A DNA stretch of 42,604 nucleotides from a virus: IMG/VR virus record IMGVR_UViG_3300002063_000003, one strand, 5' to 3'. Shown here piece by piece: positions 31,421 to 38,976 of this stretch. The stretch's first letter is position 1. Each line of letters opens with the position of its first letter. Below the pieces are notes generated by a model. It did no database searches. It saw only the letters and a list, made by a program, of their open reading frames with translations, and was not told where the DNA came from. The translations under genes were made by a program, and so were the position numbers.

Positions 31421-31901
31421 GTTATTAGTTTTAGTATTAGCAGCAGCTTTTATGGGATGTGCAGAGTCTGAGTTTTCGGCGTACAATCCAGCTGATGATT
31501 GCAGCATAAGTGGGAGAACTATCTCATGTGCTGATGGAACAATCATTACTATAGAAGATGGTAAAGATGGAGATAAGGGTAATCCTGGACAAGGTGGAGA
31601 GCCGGGCACTATTTCAGAAGTTACAAATGTACCTAAAAATAGTTGTGTCCAAATTGGTGACAGCTTGTGGGCAGAAAATATCCGCAGCGGAGAGATTTTT
31701 GATGTGTATTCAAATAACCAGTGTAAAGACGCTTTAGGAGAGCACTGTGACAATGTAGTACCTTCCTATGGGGTTAGTGGCCTACTGGGCGCAGGACAAC
31801 CAGGATCAGGCACCGTCTGCTCTATATCTGGTACACTAGTCTTTGGTAACGTTCTAGAAGACGACTCATTAGACATAACTGTAGTTGATTTTTTACAATA
31901 A
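31413..31901 (+). CDS. Lipoprotein with a short collagen-like G-X-Y run
   Basis: Lipobox AAAFMGC. GKDGDKGNPGQGGEPG gives five G-X-Y triplets. GAGGAG SD. Confidence 0.6.
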   Translation: MNKLLVLVLAAAFMGCAESEFSAYNPADDCSISGRTISCADGTIITIEDGKDGDKGNPGQGGEPGTISEVTNVPKNSCVQIGDSLWAENIRSGEIFDVYSNNQCKDALGEHCDNVVPSYGVSGLLGAGQPGSGTVCSISGTLVFGNVLEDDSLDITVVDFLQ

Positions 31902-32089
31902 TGAACTACAATGTTGATATATTTTACGAAAAAGACTTTGATCATACTGTGATTAGGGTTTATAATAAACATGGCGTCTACTGGGACGCCTTTGGTGGTA
32001 AGCTGCTTACACTATGCAACGACGCCAAACTTCAGAGACTTAAAAGACAAGTAATTAAGGAGTTCCTAAATGGCAAAGAAAAAAAATAA
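31901..32089 (+). CDS. Hypothetical protein
   Basis: 62-aa ORF with a TAATG junction. Confidence 0.45.
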   Translation: MNYNVDIFYEKDFDHTVIRVYNKHGVYWDAFGGKLLTLCNDAKLQRLKRQVIKEFLNGKEKK

Positions 32090-32873
32090 AGGCCCACGTA
32101 TACTTTATGTTGACATAGAAAATAGCCGAATGGTAGTAACATTTCCGACCTATAGCTTATATAATATAGATCGTATACACCCTCGTCATATAACTCACGA
32201 TTGGTATATAACTTGCGCTGCATGGGCCTGGCTAGATAACGAGAAGCAAAAAGTAGGGAAGATAGAAGGTGCGAAGGCATCTGACTTTAAAAAGGCCTAT
32301 AAAAAAGACTTTAGGAATGACCTAGGTATCGTTAAGAAACTACATGAGGCTATGTCAGAGGCGGATCTAATCGTGGGACATAACTCGGACGCGTTTGATA
32401 TCAAGAAGATCAATTATAAGTTTATTAAGCATGGACTACCCGCTATTAACTTACCACCTACTGTTGATACTTTGAAGAGTGCCAAAAAATATGCGAGAAG
32501 TTCAAGTAATTCTCTATATTACCTAGCTAAAGAATTTGGCGTACCAATGAAGGTAGATTTACCCAGTGGGGTAATGCACGCGGCAGATGATGGGTGCGAA
32601 AAGTCTTTGGATAAGCTATTTGCCTATTGTAAAGGTGATATTAAAGCAGGGGCTAACCTGTACTTTAAATTACTCCCTTATATAAAAAACCACCCTAATT
32701 TAAACCGCATACTAGGCATACAAAAGAAAGCCAATCCCAAGAAGTTAAAAGCTTGTGGCACTTGTGGCTCTGCTAATGTTAGGCCATGGGGAACTTATCC
32801 GACCAAGTCTGGTCCAGTTAGGCGCATATACTGTACTGATTGTGGTTCTAGTACTAAAGGAGGGAAGGCATGA
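32070..32873 (+). CDS. DnaQ-like 3'-5' exonuclease with a C-terminal zinc ribbon
   Basis: YVDIEN (ExoI), GHNSDAFD (ExoII), YCKGDI (ExoIII), and C-terminal CGTCGS ... CTDCGS. AAGGAG SD. Confidence 0.7.
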   Translation: MAKKKNKGPRILYVDIENSRMVVTFPTYSLYNIDRIHPRHITHDWYITCAAWAWLDNEKQKVGKIEGAKASDFKKAYKKDFRNDLGIVKKLHEAMSEADLIVGHNSDAFDIKKINYKFIKHGLPAINLPPTVDTLKSAKKYARSSSNSLYYLAKEFGVPMKVDLPSGVMHAADDGCEKSLDKLFAYCKGDIKAGANLYFKLLPYIKNHPNLNRILGIQKKANPKKLKACGTCGSANVRPWGTYPTKSGPVRRIYCTDCGSSTKGGKA

Positions 32874-33205
32874 GTAAAAAAATGCCAGATTGGCTCAAGA
32901 GGCAGAAGAATATACACCGAGTTAATTATTCAACGCCAGTTCAGTCTGAAAAGGATTATAAAACAGGCTACAACCATGGGTTCCAAAAATGTTACGACTT
33001 AATGTCAGAGAAACAAAATCCTCAACCCATAGAGACAGCCCCTAAAACAAGAGAATTTATCCTTGGAATTGATTCAGAAAACAATGCGTATCAAGTTATT
33101 TATTGGAAAAGGATTTGCGGTAAAGAGCCTTATTGGTGTTGCACTGATGACTACCATTCTTTCTTCCCAACCCATTGGCTACCACTGCCTCATATGGGGG
33201 ATTGA
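32870..33205 (+). CDS. DUF551-like protein
   Basis: C-terminal PTHWLPLPHMG matches the remembered DUF551 signature tHWmPLP. Confidence 0.5.
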   Translation: MSKKMPDWLKRQKNIHRVNYSTPVQSEKDYKTGYNHGFQKCYDLMSEKQNPQPIETAPKTREFILGIDSENNAYQVIYWKRICGKEPYWCCTDDYHSFFPTHWLPLPHMGD

Positions 33206-33495
33206 TGGACGGTAAAATAATACGGGAGAAAGGATCTATATTGGGCATAAGGATAGATAGTATGCAACATGATGTAGTTAACAACATATTGTACGCAAAA
33301 GTATGCTACTTCCCTCTTAACCTAATTGGCCGCAAAGATAAGTCCAAGGCCGGCAAACTAGTTATGGACGATAAATTCTCAATACCTGAGCCAGTATTTA
33401 GGGATAGGTACGAAATTTTAACAAATGCGGACACGGTAAGCCGCCCTGAGGATATGGAATGGGCACCTATAACTAGCATTGAACATGAGGAGTAA
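33205..33495 (+). CDS. Hypothetical protein
   Basis: Start refined to ATG 33205 (TGATG overlap, GGGGGA upstream), rather than the upstream non-ATG start at 33175 used in the track. Confidence 0.5.
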   Translation: MDGKIIREKGSILGIRIDSMQHDVVNNILYAKVCYFPLNLIGRKDKSKAGKLVMDDKFSIPEPVFRDRYEILTNADTVSRPEDMEWAPITSIEHEE

Positions 33496-33496
33496 T

Positions 33497-33661
33497 ATGG
33501 AAATAGATTGGAAAAGCATTGCAATGGAGCTATTTGAGGCGGTTAGAAACATGGACAATTGGAGCACGGAAAAAGCTATTGACTACATGATAGAAGAGAA
33601 AGAGCGCGTAATTAAAAAGTATGAGAAAGAATTATATGGGCCGGAGGATATAGATGAGTAA
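33497..33661 (+). CDS. Small hypothetical protein (54 aa)
   Basis: Start refined to ATG 33497, with GAGGAG 4 nt upstream. Confidence 0.5.
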   Translation: MEIDWKSIAMELFEAVRNMDNWSTEKAIDYMIEEKERVIKKYEKELYGPEDIDE

Positions 33662-34055
33662 AAAAACAATAGCAGTATTCCCAAAAGGAATTGACATCCA
33701 GTTAACAAAAAACTTTTCCAGCTCTGAGCTTGATTGTAAATGCTCTTATTCTAGCTGCACTAAGACTTTAATAGATCTAGATCATATAGTTAAGCTACAG
33801 GCATTGAGAGACCTAACAGGCCCTCTGAAGATTACTAGTGGGTTTAGATGCAAAAGACACAATAAGAACGTAGGAGGGGTACCCACTAGCCAGCACGTTA
33901 AAGGCACAGCCACAGACATTACTAGTAAGAGACTGCATCCTGACATCATTGCAGAGACTGCAGAGCAGCTATTTGATGGAGTAGGTCGTTATGATGCGTT
34001 CACGCACATAGATTCTCGCGGAAATTCTGCTCGCTGGGATAGGAGAAAGAAATAA
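33654..34055 (+). CDS. Peptidase M15 family endolysin (D-Ala-D-Ala carboxypeptidase-like)
   Basis: SGFRCKRHNKNVGGVPTSQHVKGTATDI and FTHIDSRG match the M15 Zn-ligand pattern H ... D ... H. Confidence 0.8.
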   Translation: MSKKTIAVFPKGIDIQLTKNFSSSELDCKCSYSSCTKTLIDLDHIVKLQALRDLTGPLKITSGFRCKRHNKNVGGVPTSQHVKGTATDITSKRLHPDIIAETAEQLFDGVGRYDAFTHIDSRGNSARWDRRKK

Positions 34056-34327
34056 TGTATTATGGACTAAATAGAACCTTGTGCGAGGTCTTAGATGAAA
34101 TGCGCTCTCTGTTGAAGTACACACAGTCAGTAGACACTCTTAAGTCTCTAGTAGAAGAGGCACAGGTAATGGGAAACCGTATGGAAGCTAAGCTTAAAGA
34201 TAGTAAGGATTGGAGTGAACTACATGAATCTATTGCTGAGAAAAAGCATGAGCTTAGGGAATTAAAGAAAGAGATAAAGGCGCATGAGACTTTGTTAGCT
34301 TTAGTGGGAGAAAGACCGCCTAAATAG
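34055..34327 (+). CDS. Hypothetical coiled-coil protein
   Basis: 90-aa ORF with a TAATG junction. Followed by a terminator. Confidence 0.5.
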   Translation: MYYGLNRTLCEVLDEMRSLLKYTQSVDTLKSLVEEAQVMGNRMEAKLKDSKDWSELHESIAEKKHELRELKKEIKAHETLLALVGERPPK

Positions 34328-34358
34328 TAGTCAATGCAAACAAGTTAAACACAATTAG

Positions 34359-34387
34359 AGGCTGTACTGTAAGGTATAGCCTTTTTA
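34359..34387 (+). terminator. Rho-independent terminator
   Basis: AGGCTGTAC-TGTAAG-GTATAGCCT (one G-U pair) followed by TTTT. Confidence 0.7.
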
Positions 34388-34433
34388 GTTGGCACATGCC
34401 TTGCTCTATAGCTAATAACAACAAGGAGAAAAT

Positions 34434-34673
34434 ATGTTATATTTAAACAGCAAAAACGATATTATTTACAGAGCAGCAGAAGGGTTTGGCACAGTTATAT
34501 TCCAAGACGGCTCAGTCAGAGTCACATCGTGGGATAAAATGGTAGCATTTAATTATAGATCTATTGATGAATTTGAGACTGCTATAATTCAAGGGGATTG
34601 TGGTGTATATACACTAGATATGAAGTCGTATAGGAGCCCTATTGTAGATAAAATTGTAGAAGGGATGGAGTAA
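34434..34673 (+). CDS. Hypothetical protein
   Basis: 79-aa ORF with AAGGAG SD. Confidence 0.55.
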   Translation: MLYLNSKNDIIYRAAEGFGTVIFQDGSVRVTSWDKMVAFNYRSIDEFETAIIQGDCGVYTLDMKSYRSPIVDKIVEGME

Positions 34674-35134
34674 TGCTGTCTATAGGTGATACAGTTTTAT
34701 ATCAGGGCGGCAATTACAGAATAACCCGCATTCTGGTAGAATCGTGTGGAAGAAAAGCTTACGAGATAACTTCAATAGATAGATCTAATATAAGAGGTTT
34801 CAGGTATGATCACGAACTAGAACTAGTTTGCAAAACCCCAAAAACTGTAGGCGCCGATAGATACAACGAAGGTAAGCCACAGTTATCTTTGATAGACCCA
34901 AACATACTTTATGCCTTGGCTCGAGTATTAGAATTTGGGTGCACTAAGTACGAAATAGACAACTGGAAGAAGGGGCAAGAGAGAAAAAAGATAATGGACT
35001 CCCTCCTACGTCACACTGTAGCTTTAATGTCCGGTGAAAATAAAGACCCTGAGTCAGGTCTCTCTCATGGGGCACATATTGCAGCTAACATTATGTTTCA
35101 CGAGTATTACATGAAAGAAGGTATGTATGGGTAA
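34673..35134 (+). CDS. dATP/dGTP diphosphohydrolase (MazZ-like) domain protein with an extra N-terminal domain
   Basis: YNEGKPQLSLIDP..ARVLEFGCTKYEIDNWKKG..LLRHTVALMSGENKDPESGLSHGAHIAANIMF matches the remembered family pattern. Confidence 0.6.
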   Translation: MLSIGDTVLYQGGNYRITRILVESCGRKAYEITSIDRSNIRGFRYDHELELVCKTPKTVGADRYNEGKPQLSLIDPNILYALARVLEFGCTKYEIDNWKKGQERKKIMDSLLRHTVALMSGENKDPESGLSHGAHIAANIMFHEYYMKEGMYG

Positions 35135-35543
35135 GCTTATATACCTATTAGCGCTACTTTTGGTAACTTCTTGTAATGAAGTAGGACATAAGGCACACGA
35201 CTCATTAGAAAGGTCTTTAGTAACAAATGTAGCTAGGCGTTTCTCCAAAGATTTTATCACTTTTCGTAAGAAGGGTCAAATAACAGTTGTAGTGACAAAT
35301 TTACCCAACCATATACACGGAGTATGTGAGTCTAGTCGTAAGACAATTTTCTTAAACACTACTTATCTCGTAAGGGATAATTTATCAGCAATGGAGGCGG
35401 TCCTATTTAGGGAATTAGTTAGGTGTAACCTAGATCTCCCTTATAGCATGGGAATAATGAGTAAATTTGTGGGTCATACAGTCACTGCATATCTATATGA
35501 TTATGAAGATAGTGTTAAGTACATAAAGGAGCAGTTGAGATGA
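35127..35543 (+). CDS. Lipoprotein, catalytically degenerate paralogue of 21267..21710
   Basis: Lipobox LLVTSC. HGVCESSRK..LFRELVRCNLDLPY aligns with NGVCRSFSS..SHELLHCEFDLGH, with all three His residues replaced (R, R, Y). Confidence 0.6.
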   Translation: MGKLIYLLALLLVTSCNEVGHKAHDSLERSLVTNVARRFSKDFITFRKKGQITVVVTNLPNHIHGVCESSRKTIFLNTTYLVRDNLSAMEAVLFRELVRCNLDLPYSMGIMSKFVGHTVTAYLYDYEDSVKYIKEQLR

Positions 35544-35662
35544 ATAAACTAGGGTGTATAATATGTGATATATGCCGTATTGTGATACGTGATAGTAATG
35601 ACAGCGCTGACTACCATGAATGTGGAGAGTGTACGGAGGAGAAATATAATGCAGAGGATTAA
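35540..35662 (+). CDS. Small zinc-ribbon-like protein (40 aa, below the track cutoff)
   Basis: ATGA overlap with the upstream gene. CIICDIC ... CGEC provides two CxxC pairs. Confidence 0.4.
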   Translation: MNKLGCIICDICRIVIRDSNDSADYHECGECTEEKYNAED

Positions 35663-35906
35663 GTTTTTCTTAGAATTCTTATGGAATTTTGTAACAAAAA
35701 GCACTCAGTTATCCAAAGTGAGTGTTAGAACTTACAGAATGGATATATGTAAAGGATGTCCTTACTATAATAATAAATGGTGTGATGAGTGTGGATGCTA
35801 CCTACCATTAAAGACGCAGTTTAAAGTCAGTGAGTGCCCCATGGGCAATTGGGGTATGGACGGGGAGCATTCTATAGAAGACCAAATAGATGCGGGATGG
35901 GAGTAA
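35649..35906 (+). CDS. Cys-rich putative zinc-binding protein
   Basis: Start refined to ATG 35649 (GGAGGAG upstream). CKGCPYYNNKWCDECGC ... ECP. Confidence 0.5.
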   Translation: MQRIKFFLEFLWNFVTKSTQLSKVSVRTYRMDICKGCPYYNNKWCDECGCYLPLKTQFKVSECPMGNWGMDGEHSIEDQIDAGWE

Positions 35907-36110
35907 CTAAAATAGATTAGTCTCTTCAATATCGCTTAATAAGTATGTAAACTTCTTTTGATTTAGGAAGACAATAAGCTGTCCTCCTATTTGTTCGACA
36001 CTTTCGACATCATCGACATGAAAGTAGTATTTACGTCCATTAGTAAGCCTAACAAACTTAGCTGTAGTGATGTCCTTTATACGAGTATATTTCTGTCCGC
36101 AGCATCCCAC
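35907..36110 (-). CDS. Hypothetical protein (last gene of the leftward arm)
   Basis: 67-aa ORF. Its stop abuts the stop of the convergent plus-strand gene with no spacer. Confidence 0.5.
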   Translation of the reverse strand: MGCCGQKYTRIKDITTAKFVRLTNGRKYYFHVDDVESVEQIGGQLIVFLNQKKFTYLLSDIEETNLF

Positions 36111-36499
36111 TATTTACCTAGCTTGATAACAGAGGCTGATTTTTCGATGCTTCTTCCAGCACCATATAGACCAAGAAAAGCTGTCGCTAAGGTATATAAT
36201 TCCTCGCTTGCGGCCACTATACCAAAAGAGTCTAGGACAACTATTAGTATTAACGCTATTGAACATATTGGCCTCCAATTTCCTTGCAGCCAGTGACTAG
36301 ATTGTGACTCAGCAACTATAATAGCCTGTCTGGCCTCTAACTCTGCTTTTGCTAGCTCTAAGAAGTGCTCATTAGCTTTAGCCTGTATGCCAGCCAACTC
36401 ATTTTTTAAAGTCATCTTTTCTTCTGTACTAGTGTGTAGGTTATCAACTAGCTTAGCCGCTGGCTTGAATAAATTTGTGATAAATGAAAATGCTCCCAT
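36110..36499 (-). CDS. Holin-like membrane protein (GTA-type 3-TM holin / DUF3154-like)
   Basis: LHTSTEEK ... AESQSSHWLQGNWRPICSIALILIVVLDSFG ... GLYGAGRSIEK matches the remembered family pattern HTS-x-EEK ... NWRP ... DSFG ... GRS-x-EK. Confidence 0.55.
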   Translation of the reverse strand: MGAFSFITNLFKPAAKLVDNLHTSTEEKMTLKNELAGIQAKANEHFLELAKAELEARQAIIVAESQSSHWLQGNWRPICSIALILIVVLDSFGIVAASEELYTLATAFLGLYGAGRSIEKSASVIKLGK

Positions 36500-38967
36500 T
36501 ATATTCCGTTCCTTGATTTCTTTGGTTTTCTTATAGGTACTTCGTCTAAATTAGGTATAGCACCTGCCTGCCCTGGACTACCAATGGCTAAGTCTTCTAT
36601 GAGCTTTTCTTTAACAAATGTAGGGACTAAGTGATTTCCATCTATCTGGCTCTTTAAAGAGGCCTTAGTGTTTTCATCCCAGGTCTTACCTCCCCAGCCA
36701 ATGCCAGGAGCAACTACTTCTTGTGCTATAGGCATTGAGGCGAGCTTTTCCATAATTGGAGCAATGTCATCACCTTGTTCCAGTGAACTGCTTATCATGT
36801 CTGCAATCTCTGGGTTACTAATCCTTAAAACACCCATTATGTCTTCTTTTCTAGCATGAAAGTCTGCATTTGATCTACCTAAAGGGGATTTTTTAAGCTC
36901 CACTCCTCCATGTACGCCTTCCCAATAAGCAGACAAAGGATTTTTCCCAATTTGCTGCTCTTTTTGTTGTCTTCCATACTGCCTTCCCAGTGCTTCTGTT
37001 AAGTTTTTAAGTACTGGTGAATTAGCAATTGCCTCGTCTGATTGCCCAGAAAAGAATTTATTGACTGAGTCAACCTTTGATAAGAAGTTTAAGTCCTGGC
37101 TATTACGTGCCATTTTTAGTGCTAGTGGCTTAACAACAGTCCCAGCAGCTCTCGCTGCGCGAACTCCTAGAACTACTCCAGGAGGTAGTCCAAATACGCT
37201 CTGAGCCACAAACTCTCCTGCAGCTACACCCCCTGCCTGACCAGCTCCGGACATTAAAGATCTAGTAGATACACCAAATATTGCCTTAACTCCTGAAGCA
37301 CCTTCCTTAGTAATATCATATATAGATCCGTTATGTAAATTAGCAAAATCATTTAAAGCCCTTACAGATTTATCCGCAGTTATTAAACTATCTACTTGTT
37401 TAACGGCCTCGTCACCAAAAACGCTAGCCTTAGATCGAGCTTGAGAGAATGTAGCTGACTTAACTTTACCAAATATTCCATTTAAATCAGCTAGGTCGCC
37501 TCCATCTAATCCAGACATAATCCCCTTTACTTCCTGCATTACTTGATTCATATCACCTAGTGATGCTCCTTTTGAGAATTCTTGAGTAAGTGCTTCTGCC
37601 CCCTCTTCAGGTAGTCTAGTAGATCTGATCGCTCTCATCCCCTCTAATGCCTGGTTAACATCCCCTACATATTTAGAGGAGGAAGTTGACGAGCCTCTCT
37701 TGATTGCGGACATTAGCTCTGTCTCAATATCCCCTAGCACTGAATTTAGTTCAGACTTTGTGAACAAAAAGTCAGGTGACGCTTGGTTCTTAAGTAATGA
37801 GTCCAATTGTCGTGTAGCGGTAGCGTATCCAGTTTTTATTTCCTGGGCGGCATTTTTTAAAGCTGTTCTGGCGGCACTTGTCTTACCCTTCTTAATATTT
37901 TCTACATAGGTGGGTATGTTTTCTAAGAGCTCAAAAGCCTCTTGCTTATTATACTTTAGTCCTTCCGGCAATGGTAAGTCAGCTTCTTTTTTTAAGACCC
38001 CTTGAGTAGCTTCCCAGACTTCATCAATTGCCATACCTAATACAGTTTTTTCTGTGAATTCATCCGCAGAGGCCACTGCTGCATCCCTTACTTTACCTAA
38101 GGCTGTTCCTCCAGCTTTAATAGAGCTTACTAGTGTGCTGCCTATAGCTCCTCCAATACCCATATACATTGCCTGAGTCCCCAGCTCCTCTAGGTATTCC
38201 GAAACGTCTGTGTTTCCTTTAAGTGCTTGGATATTGGCTGCACTGAATACAATTTCGTTTGCCACTGTGGCGCTATTTAATCCACGTACTGAAGCAGATA
38301 ATGCATTACCTATAACAGGGATTGTGGACCCTAGTTTAGATGCTTTATCTAAAGCGTTACTAACTTTTGCTACCTTATCCACGCCACTAAATGCTGCTTT
38401 TGCAGCTACTCCGCCGGCTGCTGCTAATCCTATTTCTCCAGCTACTCTGCCTGCTAGTACAGCGTTTGGGCTCCTCTTTTGGGCCTCATCTCTGGCTAGA
38501 GCGCGTGCTTCATCAAACTCTGTGTTGGCCAATCTATCTTTAACTTCTGTAAAGGAGGTTGGTACTGGCTCAATTCCTGTGGCAACTTCAGCTACAGCCG
38601 TTAAAGGATCAACTATAACATCAGCAATTAGCTCACCTGCTCCTCCTAGGCCGCCAACCACACCATCTTTAATGGTTTCTCCCGCAAAGTTAAGGGCTCT
38701 TTCAAAGCTGCTGGCCTTGCTTGCTTCTTCAACTTCAGTTCTTTGTTGAACTGCCTGTTGTCCTGCAGGCACTCTATCAGCCTCTTCTTGAGTAATTTGT
38801 TTTCCTGATAGAATAGATCTAAACTCAGACATTTGAGCTGAGTCGAGTGTATCCTTAGCCTTCTTTTTTACAGATTCTCTAAATGCGTTATCTGTTTTAA
38901 GTCTACTACGAAATCTTTCTAATTTAGCGGCATCGAATGTTTTTAACTTATCTAATACTTTTGACAT
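36499..38967 (-). CDS. Large internal virion / DNA-ejection protein
   Basis: 822 aa, Ala/Gly/Ser-rich with hydrophobic stretches. Sits at the end of the structural arm after the smaller internal proteins. No enzymatic motif recognised. Confidence 0.55.
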   Translation of the reverse strand: MSKVLDKLKTFDAAKLERFRSRLKTDNAFRESVKKKAKDTLDSAQMSEFRSILSGKQITQEEADRVPAGQQAVQQRTEVEEASKASSFERALNFAGETIKDGVVGGLGGAGELIADVIVDPLTAVAEVATGIEPVPTSFTEVKDRLANTEFDEARALARDEAQKRSPNAVLAGRVAGEIGLAAAGGVAAKAAFSGVDKVAKVSNALDKASKLGSTIPVIGNALSASVRGLNSATVANEIVFSAANIQALKGNTDVSEYLEELGTQAMYMGIGGAIGSTLVSSIKAGGTALGKVRDAAVASADEFTEKTVLGMAIDEVWEATQGVLKKEADLPLPEGLKYNKQEAFELLENIPTYVENIKKGKTSAARTALKNAAQEIKTGYATATRQLDSLLKNQASPDFLFTKSELNSVLGDIETELMSAIKRGSSTSSSKYVGDVNQALEGMRAIRSTRLPEEGAEALTQEFSKGASLGDMNQVMQEVKGIMSGLDGGDLADLNGIFGKVKSATFSQARSKASVFGDEAVKQVDSLITADKSVRALNDFANLHNGSIYDITKEGASGVKAIFGVSTRSLMSGAGQAGGVAAGEFVAQSVFGLPPGVVLGVRAARAAGTVVKPLALKMARNSQDLNFLSKVDSVNKFFSGQSDEAIANSPVLKNLTEALGRQYGRQQKEQQIGKNPLSAYWEGVHGGVELKKSPLGRSNADFHARKEDIMGVLRISNPEIADMISSSLEQGDDIAPIMEKLASMPIAQEVVAPGIGWGGKTWDENTKASLKSQIDGNHLVPTFVKEKLIEDLAIGSPGQAGAIPNLDEVPIRKPKKSRNGI

Positions 38968-38976
38968 TATTATTCC

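Noticed and set aside
31406-31753. 115-aa minus-strand ORF opposite the collagen-like lipoprotein gene. Similar cases are 32032..32280, 33096..33287, 33306..33524 and 35054..35260.
   Set aside because: These are antisense to well-supported, SD-preceded and coupled plus-strand genes. They have no SD and a composition typical of shadow frames.
34673-35134. MazZ-like gene as evidence for a 2-aminoadenine (Z) genome
   Set aside because: No PurZ (adenylosuccinate-synthetase-like) or DatZ (HD dATPase) gene is present. The sequence as given contains normal A.
38210-38749. 179-aa plus-strand ORF inside the 822-aa internal protein gene. Similar antisense ORFs occur at 40150..40518, 40648..40992, 4210..4644, 4735..5049 and 7515..7818.
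   Set aside because: These are shadow ORFs opposite Ala/Gly/Ser/Thr-rich genes. Their translated sequences are low-complexity, they have no SD and they show no coupling to neighbouring genes.
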